Below, one piece after another: positions 51,421-63,202 of a stretch of DNA of 64,000 nt; positions within the stretch are counted from its first letter, which is position 1; the number at the start of each line of letters is the position of its first letter. Source of the stretch: Octopus sinensis (Eukaryota); assembly GCF_006345805.1 (NCBI RefSeq), contig NC_042998.1:172174001-172238000 (forward strand), in the 5' to 3' direction. The notes below the pieces were generated by a model. The model did no database searches and had not been told where the DNA came from. It saw only the letters and a list, made by a program, of their open reading frames with translations. The position numbers were made by a program, and so were the translations under genes.

Positions 51421-53916
51421 CAAAAAGCACTGGTGGAGAACAGTTCACTTTTAAATACAACTCACAACCTTATATATGGAGAATTGTTGTGGATTATCAC
51501 CAGACAGTCTGATGATTTTGATGGTGTTTTAACAAGTCAGTTGGATAATTTAGGCATTGTAAAAAATAGTTTGGTACATATTAGTTTGAATAAAAGTTCA
51601 TATTCCTCAATAATACTTTGAGTAAGCAAAAATTAAATCAACATTCTTTGTTGTTTAGTGTCCAGGTTAGTCCTGATTGGACAGTTATGTTTGAAGACAT
51701 TCCAGCCAGAACTACATTATCAAATGTGTATTTTTTCTAAAATGGTGGTGTGGCTTGGAGATTTGGGATCCTTTTTCTCTTCAGTTAACACGTTTTCTTC
51801 TAGTCAAATGGTTTACTGTAATTTAACATGCCTTGTTATTTAATCCTCTTAGACCTGTGCCCTTGTGTCTAAATTTACTCTCCACCTGGGTTCCTGAGCA
51901 AAGAAATAAATAGTTGCATACACAGCTCAAGAGTGATGATTGCAGGCAAATTAATGGACAGGCTTATCTCTTAACTACTGTATTTGTTCACCCAAATTGC
52001 TACTTTCTTCATCACTTACACCAGTTTGATTATTTGAATCACTATCATTGCCTGTATAAGAGTAAACTCTTCATCCAAAGATTAAATATTATCATTTTTT
52101 TCAACTCTAGGGAGTTTTTAAGCTTTGCTCTTTTACACGACAAAGTACTAGTTCTTCACATGTTTCACTGCAAAAATCCATTTTTATCTATTAGAAGCAA
52201 ATGTAGACAACAACTCTGGAGTTCACCATTGATGAGTCATTAACTAACTACAAACTGGAATTGTGGTGGCTGTCTGCTTCTGGCAATATGTTTTTTTTTT
52301 TTTCAATGCATGTTGTTCATTGCTGCTTTGATGGGAATCTGGTAGAGCTTGTTCAGGTAGTTCCTGCTAGGGCATGATAGAATCAAGATATAATGTGAAT
52401 TGGCAATTGGCTGATTCTGTTGTGTGCTGCTTTCGACAAACTTCTGTTGAGATGAAAGTTAAGAGGAAGTTTATTTTGTATTTCACATTATGTAGTCAAA
52501 ACAGTTAAGAAAGTACGTAGATCTTAAAGGTCCAAATAAAAAGTGGGGGGGAAAAAAAAGTCCTATGCAGTAAGAAGATCTGCTACATGTATTTAGTGAT
52601 TGTTGTTTGTCTTTAATGTCAACACTGGATTATGTAAGAGAAAAATGAATCATCAAAATGTTATGATACAATGTACTAATTCTGACATGCGTCTCTATAG
52701 AATTACTCTATATACAATATATCTCTAAAAAGTTTTTCATTCTTCATTTTGCCATGATAGTAAGTCCACTTTTATGCTCAGGACATAAATGCATATATTT
52801 GACTGAAAAAATGCGTTTGATGTCCCTTAAGTAGATACCCACTTTTGAATGCATTTGACATTGAAGGATAGTTTTTCAGAAACTTGATGTTCATGTTTCT
52901 TTCCCTTGTGTGAACTTATGCATGAAATAATCGAATAGAATGTATGTTTCATGATGGTTGTGGTTACATAGTGTTTTCTACTTATGTGGAGCTGCATCAT
53001 TGGATTATTTTTGCTGCATCTCCCATGAATACATTATAGTTATGGATAAACTTTGGGTGGCATTGGGATTTTAATGCAAACCCATCTTTGCTTGTCTGGT
53101 TGTTGTGACTACATTATCAGAGCTGTGATAATTTCATATGAGATATTGACTTTGTCTTGCCATATTAAATATGAAAAAAAACTCTTTCAACACAGAAAAC
53201 GAAAATCTCTACGTTTTGTTAGTTTTTCAATTTTAGACTCTTTGGATAGTGCTTTTGACTTGTCGTGGCATTTCCCATTGCGTGTGTGTGTGTGTGTGTG
53301 TAGGACAGTTAGGAGATGGTCTGCTAGAACTACAGAATTTCTCCTCTACTGTTTCTGTTCTACTAATGTCTGCCCTTTATGTAATATCTGGCAGTTATGC
53401 ATTTTTTGGTGGATATCATTCCTTAAGTTTGTTTGGCTTATATAATACAATCTTAGTTTCTGAAGCGAATCACTCAGCATTGTGTATTTTGTCTATCACT
53501 AATAACTTGCAGAAATCTCTAGATAGCAAAGAAATAATCATGAATCACAACTTGATGACATCCAGCTCTGAACATCAGTTTTTTCCTTCCTTACTCAGCC
53601 TATAGTCTGCATAACATGGTTTCAAAATCAGATATTCCAGTTTGTGTTTTAGTCAATGAATGCTTTCATTTATCTAGTGACACTGGTGTAAAACTTTTAA
53701 TGTTTTCAGCTTTAGCTCATGTATTTGTGAGGCTACAAAATTACATTGTGCAAACTCTCCTAAAATGCATTGAAGGATAAACTTGAAAAGCCACTGTCTG
53801 TACTTTCTGCTGTTAGAAAGTTCGGGATATTTTGTGAGCTTACAAATTTTTTTAAAACTGTGAATCAATATTTGCTACTGTAAAATTATTCCAACTTGTA
53901 TCAAAATCTCCAACTT

Positions 53917-53961
<45 letters not shown>

Positions 53962-55259
53962 CACCTAATTGAGAACCATGACCCCTCATTTGAAGCTCAT
54001 CATCACCACCTTCCACTTCAAATCTCTCTCCAACTAACTTGAAGTCATTAAAATATACTTGATCAAATTCCCATTATCTTCACATAAATTTTGTAGCATT
54101 AATTGTAAACTGTCTATACTTGTGTATTTTCATCCCAGAAGTGCTCAGCTGTGGTGAGATATGCATGGTTAAAAAATTAGAGTAAGATTAAATTCTGCAC
54201 TTTCGACCTACCTTAGTTCTGATAGGCTGATCTATTTTTAGTTTAAATGTTTTTTTTTTTGTATGGTTTTGACAATTCATACTATACCAGGAATTCAGCT
54301 GAATGTCAAGTTTGATATTGTTGGTGAACCAGGAATATCACCAGAGAAGGTTAAATATTTTTTGATTTAACTGGAAAGCAGTCATTTTAATATCATTAAC
54401 TGTACAACACCACTATTGTTAGCTGGGCAAAGGATTGCATGCTGCGAGAATCAACCCATAGATTTGCAGCTTGAGGTTTGCAAAAATACAGTTGCAAAAG
54501 TTTTAATCAAACTGCAGTGCATGACTCAATTTGGTGCCCTTCTTGATCATGAGTGCACTTGTGTGGCAGTGGTCCAGCTCTTTAGTCTCTGCATGTGTGA
54601 GCTGCACAAATGTTGTGGAGCCAATGAATTCTGCCTTCATCCAGTATCTTGCATCCGTAATGTGGGCCAGTTCCCCCAACAAACTCCTCTGAATGGCATC
54701 AGAAGTGGCCTCAATGCAGCCAGTTACTCATCACAATTGTAGCTAGCAGGCATTGACCATCAGGGTGGTAAGTGCTCCGATGGAATAATCTGCTTCACAT
54801 ACAAAAAAAGTAAATTCCTAATCTGCGATGTAATATGTTGTGACATGTTCTCTGTTTTCAACCTTGCTGCATCAGCTGCAAACCTGGCTATCCCTTCCTG
54901 TAATGCAGAGGAGAGAAAGTTAAACAAATACTGGAACCTGACCAGCCATTATCTGTTTGTATGGGTTGCTGTCAAAACCTCATGTTCTCAAACCCTGCAC
55001 TGCTGATTTCGTTTGCAAAATCACAGTGGCTGTTGTGAGTGCCACTGCCCATTCTCCACAGTAGCATCTTTGCACTTATGTCTGCGAGGTGTGGCTGAAC
55101 ACACCATCTCTACTGGGGTGTTCAACCTGTTACTCCCCTCTCATCTTATGTTGCTTATCTCCTTGTTGAAGTAATTCTAGTGGGTTTTCTTTTTTTTTTG
55201 TATTTTAAAAATTAAAAAAAAATTTCTTTTACAAGTTGGCCTTGAAAGCAAGATTTTAT

Positions 55260-55790
55260 AGAACTTTCATCTTCAGTTGATTCCTTTGCCAGTTCTAAGC
55301 AGAAGCACTGCAAAGTTTTCTGCTGTTAGCTGAATGCATGTTTCTGATGAATTGTGTGATTTGTAGTTCTTCTCAAAAAGCTTTTGAAACATTAATTACC
55401 TCCACACCACCTCCATGTTAGTGCAACTTTCAGAATTTGACACCAGTTTCCAGAAAACACCACTGTAATTTCTCCAACAGATCTGCCAGTTTCATAGACA
55501 TGTCGGAATGTACAGTCTATTGCTTCAAACACTCTGTTTTAGCCAATTCATTTATGATGAATTGTTTGACTGATAAACTGACCAATTGTACTCAGTGGTG
55601 ATATATTGCAATTCGGGTAACCAGCCTTTAAAGGTTCTTTGAAATGAGAATGTACAATGCAGTTATTAAGTAAAAGTTTGGCAGCAATTCTTCAGGTTGC
55701 TGTTCCAAGAACAATCTTATTTTCACATAACATTCTGTCAAGTGTTGTTGACAATAAGAAACTTTTGCCTCTTTGTTCATGACTAATGTA
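55260..55790 (-). pseudogene. Helitron-type PIF1 helicase remnant
   Basis: Minus frames with 2 frameshifts: GKSFLLSTTLDRMLCENKIVLGTAT*RIAAKLLLNNCIVHSHFKEPL...CNIS / QFIINE / RVFEAIDCTFRHVYETGRSVGEITVVFSGNWCQIL / IRNMH / ENFAVLLLRTGKG. These match motifs I, Ia, II, III and IV of Helitron helicases in order. Confidence 0.8.
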
Positions 55791-55919
55791 GCAACACACT
55801 CATGATCAGACTGAGTACAGAGCTCACTCCTCTGCATTTAGGACAGGTATTTTGGATTCCATTATGTTTCAACTTTTCTGTATCATATTTCACTTCATAT
55901 GATTTTGTTTGTGAGGCAC

Positions 55920-56021
55920 AGCAAATATTCAAACGAGACCTTCAAAGACTGAAGTGGAGAAGGGTACCATGCCAACAGCGGTCAAGCACGGGTTAGTCGG
56001 TCCTAAGAAGCGGGCGAAAGC
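55920..56021 (+). rRNA. Dispersed 28S (LSU) rRNA fragment, non-functional
   Basis: agcaaatattcaaacgaga...gaagtggagaagggt.ccatg..aacagc.gt...ca.gggt.agtcggtcctaag...ggcgaaagc matches the conserved eukaryotic LSU core just before expansion segment D7a, as I recall it. Confidence 0.8.
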
Positions 56022-56279
56022 TTCCACGAAAGGCACTGGATCCGTCAAACGAACGATGAACTATGCTAATAACAGGACAAGGAGAAATTAAATCTTTAAA
56101 AGCACTTACTAATCTTGATAGCCTCTTATAGATTACCACAATGCATTTCATTCTCACTTGAATTACAGGAGTGAGAAAGTCACAGGGTTAGATGGTTTGT
56201 GAGATATGTGGTTATTAATTTGTTTTTTTTCAAACACTGATGAAGTTCCTTTGCAGTAGGTACATTTGTTGCTTCTTAA

Positions 56280-58785
56280 CCATTTAGCGTTCAGACCGTC
56301 CAAAATTAATTCCCTTTTATTTGTTCAAACTGGCCAAATCCGGCTGCTCTACGAAATTGCTAAAAAAAATAAACAAACCAAGTTATTAAATTCTTGTAGC
56401 TTTGAGATAATGCGAGATGAAGCCCTTTCCTGCCTTTATTCAAGTATAAATACTGTGAAATTGTTAGACCACATGGTTTTCTCAATGTTTGAATCGATGT
56501 CTTTACCTTAGTTTTTAATGAAATGGCATCAGCAAGTAGCGATTCCAACTTTGAAAGTTTTACTCTTGATGATATAGAAAATATAGATGGAAACATGAGT
56601 ATTTTGTCTTTGGATGAATTTGGTATCGATATTAGTGAATATTTGTTGGACGAGGAAGATTTTGAGAACGAAAGTGATAAAAATGAAAGTGATGTAAAAT
56701 GATATCATAAACATAGCAACATGGTCAAAGATTACAGTACCTATCACTATTCCTGATTTCACTGAAAACACTGGTCCACAACACAATTTTTCCTCCTCAA
56801 CCATTGGACTATCTATTTTTATTTTTTACTAGAAAGTATTTTTGAAAACAAGTATGTGCAATGTATAATTTCTATTTGCGGAAGAAATGATCCACTATAG
56901 CAGCCAACTTATACTGTGGAAATGAGAGCGTTTTTCACATTCAATATTATGTTTGGTGTTAAACAGCTTCCTCCATTGTAGAACTACTGGAGTTCTGATA
57001 TAAGGTATGGTGATCTGTATATCTCAAGTATAATGTTGAAGAGGAGGTATTCGAAAATACCTCAGTATTTACATTTAATTGATTCTGCTAATGCAAAAAT
57101 GACCCAAACCACAATCTCCTGTACAAAGTACGTCCTGTAGTTTACTCCTTAATAGTTATAAAACTGTATCTACCTGGGAAAAATCTCAGTGTAGATGAAG
57201 CCATGATAGGCTATAAGGGCAGAGTACATTTTTGGCAGTACATGCCTGCCAAACCCACTAAATGGGGGATGAAGGTATGGGAAGTTTGTGAATCAGACAC
57301 TAGAAATTGTGTAAACTTCGATATTTACACAGGTAAAAGATATAATGGAAACAAACCATATAAGATTGGGACATGATGTAGTAAAGTCTCTTACTGAACC
57401 AGTTCACGATCAGCACTGACACCTCTATTTTGACTTTTTTTTCTTCAGTGGCTTCAGCTGAAAATCTTGCCCTTGTAAGTACTTACATGTGTAGCACTGT
57501 TATGGGCAACTGTAAAGGTGTACCCTGTGAAATGAAAACAAAATATGAAAAAAAAGAGGACATATTACAAATGCAAAAGGAAACTTTATTAGCTACTGCT
57601 TTCAAAGACAAAAGACAGATTTTATTTCTGTCTACTAATGAACAACCTAGAGTTGGTGCTGAGGGGAAACCCCAGGTGAATATTTGTTATAACAAATATA
57701 TGGGTGGGGTTGATAAATCTGACCAATATCGGGCATATTACCCAGTTGGACGACTTAGGAAGAAATGGAGGTTCATTTAGTAGTTTTTAGTTAATTTAGC
57801 TATAGTAATTCATATACTGTACATGTAAAAAGCCACGACTATGACCATTTGACGAATTGACATCACATCTCAGTTTTGTGAGGGCTTTTCTTCAAGAAAG
57901 CACAGAACTGGGAGAAAAGCAAAATTCACATGACATGGATGTCAACAGAGAAAATATTAACTTTCATAAAGTTGAAAAGATAAATGGAAGAAAAAAACGT
58001 TTGCAACACTGTGTTCGCTGCAAGAAAGAAAAACTGTGAAAGAGTATCAGATTGAGACTTCGTATATGTGTTCCTTTTGCAAAGTGCCCTTGTGTAATGG
58101 GTACTTTAGGCAGTTTCATGACAGAAATATGTCATAACTATGTTATTTTATCATATATTCCTTTCACATTTTATTATAAATAATATGTGAAAGTGAGAAA
58201 TACATATTAATTTTCAGTATGTTACACATCTATATTCTCCTTTGCTTCACCTATTAACGAGCTTTTTTTGTTAGGTGCTTTCTGTTACATAAATGAATTC
58301 ATTGAATTGTATAAGAGTGCATAGCCAATGGTATATTGACTAGTAAGAGTTTTGTACTATATTTTCAATGAAAATGTTTGAATGAAATATAGAGAAAGAA
58401 TAAAATCTTGTATTTTAATCAATTCAAATTAATGTACCTCATCTTGAAAAATGTAAAATTGTTGCTGGTTGACATCTGGAATAATTTTAGTAACAAATCA
58501 AACAGGGGAGATGTATTGAAAATATGAATTTTAGTGTTTATTCATAATGTTATTGTTTTTACACCTGTTAATGAAAATTATCTGGCCATAAAAGTCAAAT
58601 TTAATCAGATCAGCTAAAATTACGTAACTATAAACCACTGGTATATATAAGCACCCATTTACAAACTTTCAAATCTGTTATGTAGAAAATTAACAAAGTT
58701 ACAAGCAAATATTGTGGACACCCCACTTGAACCTGAATAAATCAAAATTAATGTGAACAGACAAATTAATCTGAACACTAAAGGG
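56280..58785 (+). mobile_element. Full-length (2506 bp) inactive piggyBac-like transposon
   Basis: TTAA|CCATTTAGCGTTCAGA ... TCTGAACACTAAAGGG|TTAC (16-bp TIRs) enclosing a transposase pseudogene. Confidence 0.88.
56523..58137 (+). pseudogene. piggyBac (PGBD4-like) DDD transposase, disrupted
   Basis: Acidic N-terminus, EMRAFF...NYWSSD, SVDEAMIGYKGRVHFWQYMPAKPTKWGMKVW (D1 at 57194), YFD (D2 at 57432), GGVDKSDQ (D3 at 57712), and C-terminal Cys-rich CVRC...CSFCKVPLC...FH. Several stops and frameshifts. Confidence 0.92.
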
Positions 58786-58873
58786 TTACATCATTCATTT
58801 CATCATCACTTTCCATCAGCCCTATTGGTTTGTAAGCCTCTCAATAAGTAGGTAATACATCTACAGTTCTTAA

Positions 58874-59092
58874 CCCTTTTGATACCAAACCGCCTGAAAC
58901 TGCCTCAGGCTCTGTAGTATATCTTGTTTTCAAAAGTTCTGAATGAAAAATCTTCCACCAAACCTTAGTCACAATTTATGTTCCTAACACCAGCTGAATG
59001 ATAACTAAGTTGTTTTACTAAATTCTTTGTTATATTTAAAATTAATTGAAAGAAACACAGAGCATCTCAACAGAAATATGGTAATAAAAGGG
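58874..59092 (-). mobile_element. piggyBac-type MITE, family 2
   Basis: TTAA TSD on both sides. Reverse complement of 25560-25780. Confidence 0.85.
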
Positions 59093-61699
59093 TTAAAGTA
59101 CCAAATCCTGTTGGTTCTGGTTTATAGTATAGCAGCTTTCTTATAAGATAAAACTCTTTCCAATTAGAATTCAAGATTTTTACTTGAAACTTGCCAGTCA
59201 TTTCCCATTGCCTTTTTATTTCATGTTCTCTTAACTGCTCAAGATCTTTTCACAAACTTATTGTTGATTCATCTGTAATACAAGATGAAATTCAAATACT
59301 GTGGTCAAATTAGTCATCTGATTTCTGTACTGTACCTTTGTGTAATTTCATTGTTAGGCTGTTTGACTCATTACTGTTGTTTCCTAGTAGTCTAGAGAAG
59401 TTGTGGCATTGTAACTTCTGATTTTGTTAAAGAAGTGATAGCCAGAAAAATGCTGTTTTACTTCTTCTGGAGGTGCTGGTTATTGAGTGTAATATTGCTT
59501 TTAATACAACAGTGGTCTGAGGCCTCATCTTCAAATTAGTTCATTACAAAAACTGCATTTGCTTTCATGAATCTTATTGAAAAGTTCTGGCTTTGTTGTC
59601 ACAGTTATTGTCTAGAAGTACTAACTTTCAAGAATAAGCACAATTTAAAGCAATAACAATCTTCTGCTTTATTTTTTCAAAGCTTCATGGAAGCAGTTTG
59701 TGCATTATGATTACAGACAAATGAATACAGCAGACTCTTTTCTTTTAGATTTGTTTTACATAAACCTGGCTCATTAAAGCAGAATTTAATACATATGTAC
59801 ATACATTATATATGTATATAACATGTATATATGACATATACATGTATATTGTTTAGTATTATGAGGTGAACTGTTTATCATAACTGTAGCATTATAGTTT
59901 AATTTTGAAGTATCAGAGCACGGGAGTTGTTGTTACAGTGACCTATATTCTTTGCCTTTCTCTAGCTTTATGATATGATATTTACATTCCTTGTTGATTA
60001 TCAGATAATTATTCACCAAGTTACTTTAAAAGCTCATTGGGTAACTACTACAGTCAGTGTCTAAACAATGTTTAGCTTCTATTTTGAATTCAATTTTCAT
60101 TATTCCAATGGCTTTATGTAGGTCATTCATCTGTTTCAGATCATTTCTGAAGGAAATTTATTTACTTTGTTTCAAGAAATTGCTTCAAACTGTAATATGT
60201 TATGGGTAGTGGATGCTACTAGAAAAGGAAGATTACGTAACTAAAGGCTTTGCATTATAATCACTTGAACAATAGGAAAAAATGCCTTACAATATTTGTT
60301 TTGGCTTAAGTTCAAATTCTGTGAAAGTCAACTTTGCTTTTCATCCTTTCAAGATCAATAAAGTACCAGAACATATTGTAGAGGTGATTTATTTATTTAT
60401 TTATTTTTTTTTATATCAGCTGATCCTTTCCTTCTCTTTTCTGATCTTGTGCCTATGTTAGAAACAATTTTTTCATTACATTCCAAGTTCAGATCCTCAC
60501 ATTTATCCTTCAGAGTTGATAAAATAATTGTTAATCAAATTTTGATAGCTGTAAATAAATATATAACCTTGCACCTATATTGGTTTCAAATTTTGGCACA
60601 AGGTCATCATTTTGGGACTGCTGCCAGTTCTACACTTCATAGCCAGTTTATTTGGCTTTGCCTTCTTTCATCAGTTCAGCCATTGAGATCATAGGTCTTC
60701 ATCTATTTTATCTGCTGTTGGGGCCTTCTTTTATTCTTTTATTTTTTTAATTTTTTATTGAAGGTATGCCCCTGCAGATCTGCCCAGGCCAGTAGGAACA
60801 AACTCTCCTTATGAATGTTTCAGCTGGGGCAGTCTTGCTACTGAATCAGATGTTGAGCTCTTTTCTGATCATAACTGATTACCTGAGAGTGTGTGGATCA
60901 GTATCTGAGGAGAGGTTACATGTTGCTCATCACTCATTGAAGGGTACTGCCTCTGTATAGCCTTTGTGCTGATGTACATATGCACAAAGAGAGAAAAAGA
61001 ATGCCTCTCTCAGTTCATGTCTACCAGATCCCATCACAAGTTTTTGGTTGACTCAGGGTTATTATAGAAGGCCCTTTTTCAGGGAACCACATTGTGGAAT
61101 TGGACCTGAAACCATATGGTTGAGAAGTGAACTTCTTAACCTCATGGCCATACTTCTGTGTGTGTATGTGTACATATATGGCCTTCAAGATTTGACTGAG
61201 GTACTGGACTGGCAACTTTGAATCTTCTTAGGAATCCTTCCATAGTAAATAATGAAATGATTAACAATTTTTAAATCAGCAATCATTCAAGAGCTTGATA
61301 ATAGCCAACTCTTGTAAACTGTAGAAGGTGATTAGCCAAATGAGAACTTGTAATGCCACTAGCATTGATAAAACCCCCTCATTAATTCTATGTAGAGGTG
61401 ATAAATTGGCTGGTACTATTCACTGACTAATAGATGAATTTTTGCATTTAGTGTCCAAGGCTGTCAATATATAAGGATGGGGTTAAAAAACTATTAGTGT
61501 ACCACATTGCTTTCAGTCATTAAGAAAGTACTTTTGAGGGTTTTTTAAAAAATAGACTCCTCCATGTGTGTGTCTGTCTTATTAGAAATCCAATGTAGCT
61601 CCATCATATGTTGGTCTTACTGGAAAACCAGTGGATATAATTTTTACTGTATGACAATTATAAAAGAAATATATTGACTGCTATTAAGTGTTTGTTGAT

Positions 61700-62220
61700 G
61701 TTAGGAAAGCCAGTGGACATTTTTTTTTACTGCTTGGCAATTACTAGAGAAATCTATTGAACAGTGTGATCTCTATCAAAGGTTTATTGATCTTATAAAA
61801 GCTTTTGACATGGTTAATAGGACTGTATGAGGAAAGTTGGGTGGCCACCCAAATTTGTTGATATTTTGAGACAATTCCATAGTATAAAAGCAAGGGTATA
61901 TTTCAGTGGTAAAGCTGCCTCCAGTTGCTTTTGAAAATAATGTTGCAAAGAGAATTTCCTGCCTCTAGTTTTCAATCTGTTTAGCTCTAATACTCAGAAT
62001 TTCTTTTACGGACTGTGATACTGGCATGTTAAATGTATTTTTTTTTTTGTCTGACTTTAAGGTAAAAACTAAAATATTTGCTTCAATAATCATATCTTTT
62101 TCTGAAGACTGATTTAGTTGCACTCCCTGAAGGAAATTTTGAACAAATTTTAAAGAATAATATCGTCTAAAACATAAGTGATGCTCACTACTGTCTCTAG
62201 AGATCTTTACTAGCTGCCAT
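61700..62220 (+). mobile_element. Degenerate RTE/BovB-like RT fragment
   Basis: Frames give QLLEKSIEQCDLYQRFIDLIKAFDMVNR and PPKFVDILRQFH, resembling RQLQEK..EQ...Y..FIDL.KAFD.V.R...GCP.KFV.I.R.FH. Confidence 0.6.
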
Positions 62221-63202
62221 CAGTATTAGTTAGTGGACTGAAACCTTTTGGCATTTTGCTATTTTGGAAATATGGCATAGTCTGGGGAAGGCCAGATTGA
62301 TTTTTGATAGATTGGAAGCTTGAGTGTGGTTACTCAAGCTGCAAGTGCATTGCTGGGTTGGGGCTTGAGCAGATAGATATAAGGTAGTTTAAGTAATGCT
62401 TGAAGTATTATTATATAGACAAGAATAGCTAGCTGTAACATTCTGAGCATTAAAACCATTGTGGTATTTGTGTGTGGTTAGTAAAGTAGTTCTTTACAAG
62501 AAATAGGAAGTTCCTGGCAGTAGTTATCATGGCATATCAATTATGAGGGTGATTACACCTGACTTACTTTCAGCTGTCTGGTAATCCTTGGGCATGGGGA
62601 TAGATTGGATATATATATACACACTCACACACATACATATAAAGTAAAAGCACTTTTTAGGTAAGGTATTGTTATTGTAGGGGGCTGTTTTGTTAGAAAT
62701 TTATTCATTGTAGGAAAAGTAGGAGACTCTTATTGATGCTTGTTAGTAGGTTCCTAATTATAGCTGGGGGGGTGATAGTTCTTATGGATGTCTACTGTTT
62801 CCTTGTTAGGTTTCATATATGTGTGGTGCTTACCTGTCTTACAAGCTAATGTAATATCCAAGAAATTGGCTATCATTTGGTTGGTGGAGAGGGGCATATT
62901 GAAAAGGTTTGGTTTTTCTACTACAATTTTCATAAAAGTGGTGTGCTGATCAAGTATTCATGTTACATGTGAGAGGGAAGCAAGTGAAGAAGCAAAAAGG
63001 ATTTTTTTCCCCCTGAATAACTAACCAACATAATATTAATAACTTGTTTTTAACAGTTCATCATACTAAGGGGAAGTAATTCAGAAAGGAGCTGTTGGGA
63101 ATCATAGTGGTGTTGGCTATGGTGATATTGAAGACAGCAGAGGGGAACAATTTTGAACATAATTTCTGTTTGCTTTTTCATTTGCTTTAGACTAAAATTC
63201 AC

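Noticed and set aside
57430-57780. 116-aa ORF as an independent host gene or domesticated PGBD
   Set aside because: It is one surviving frame of a transposase broken by multiple stops and frameshifts and still enclosed by TIRs.
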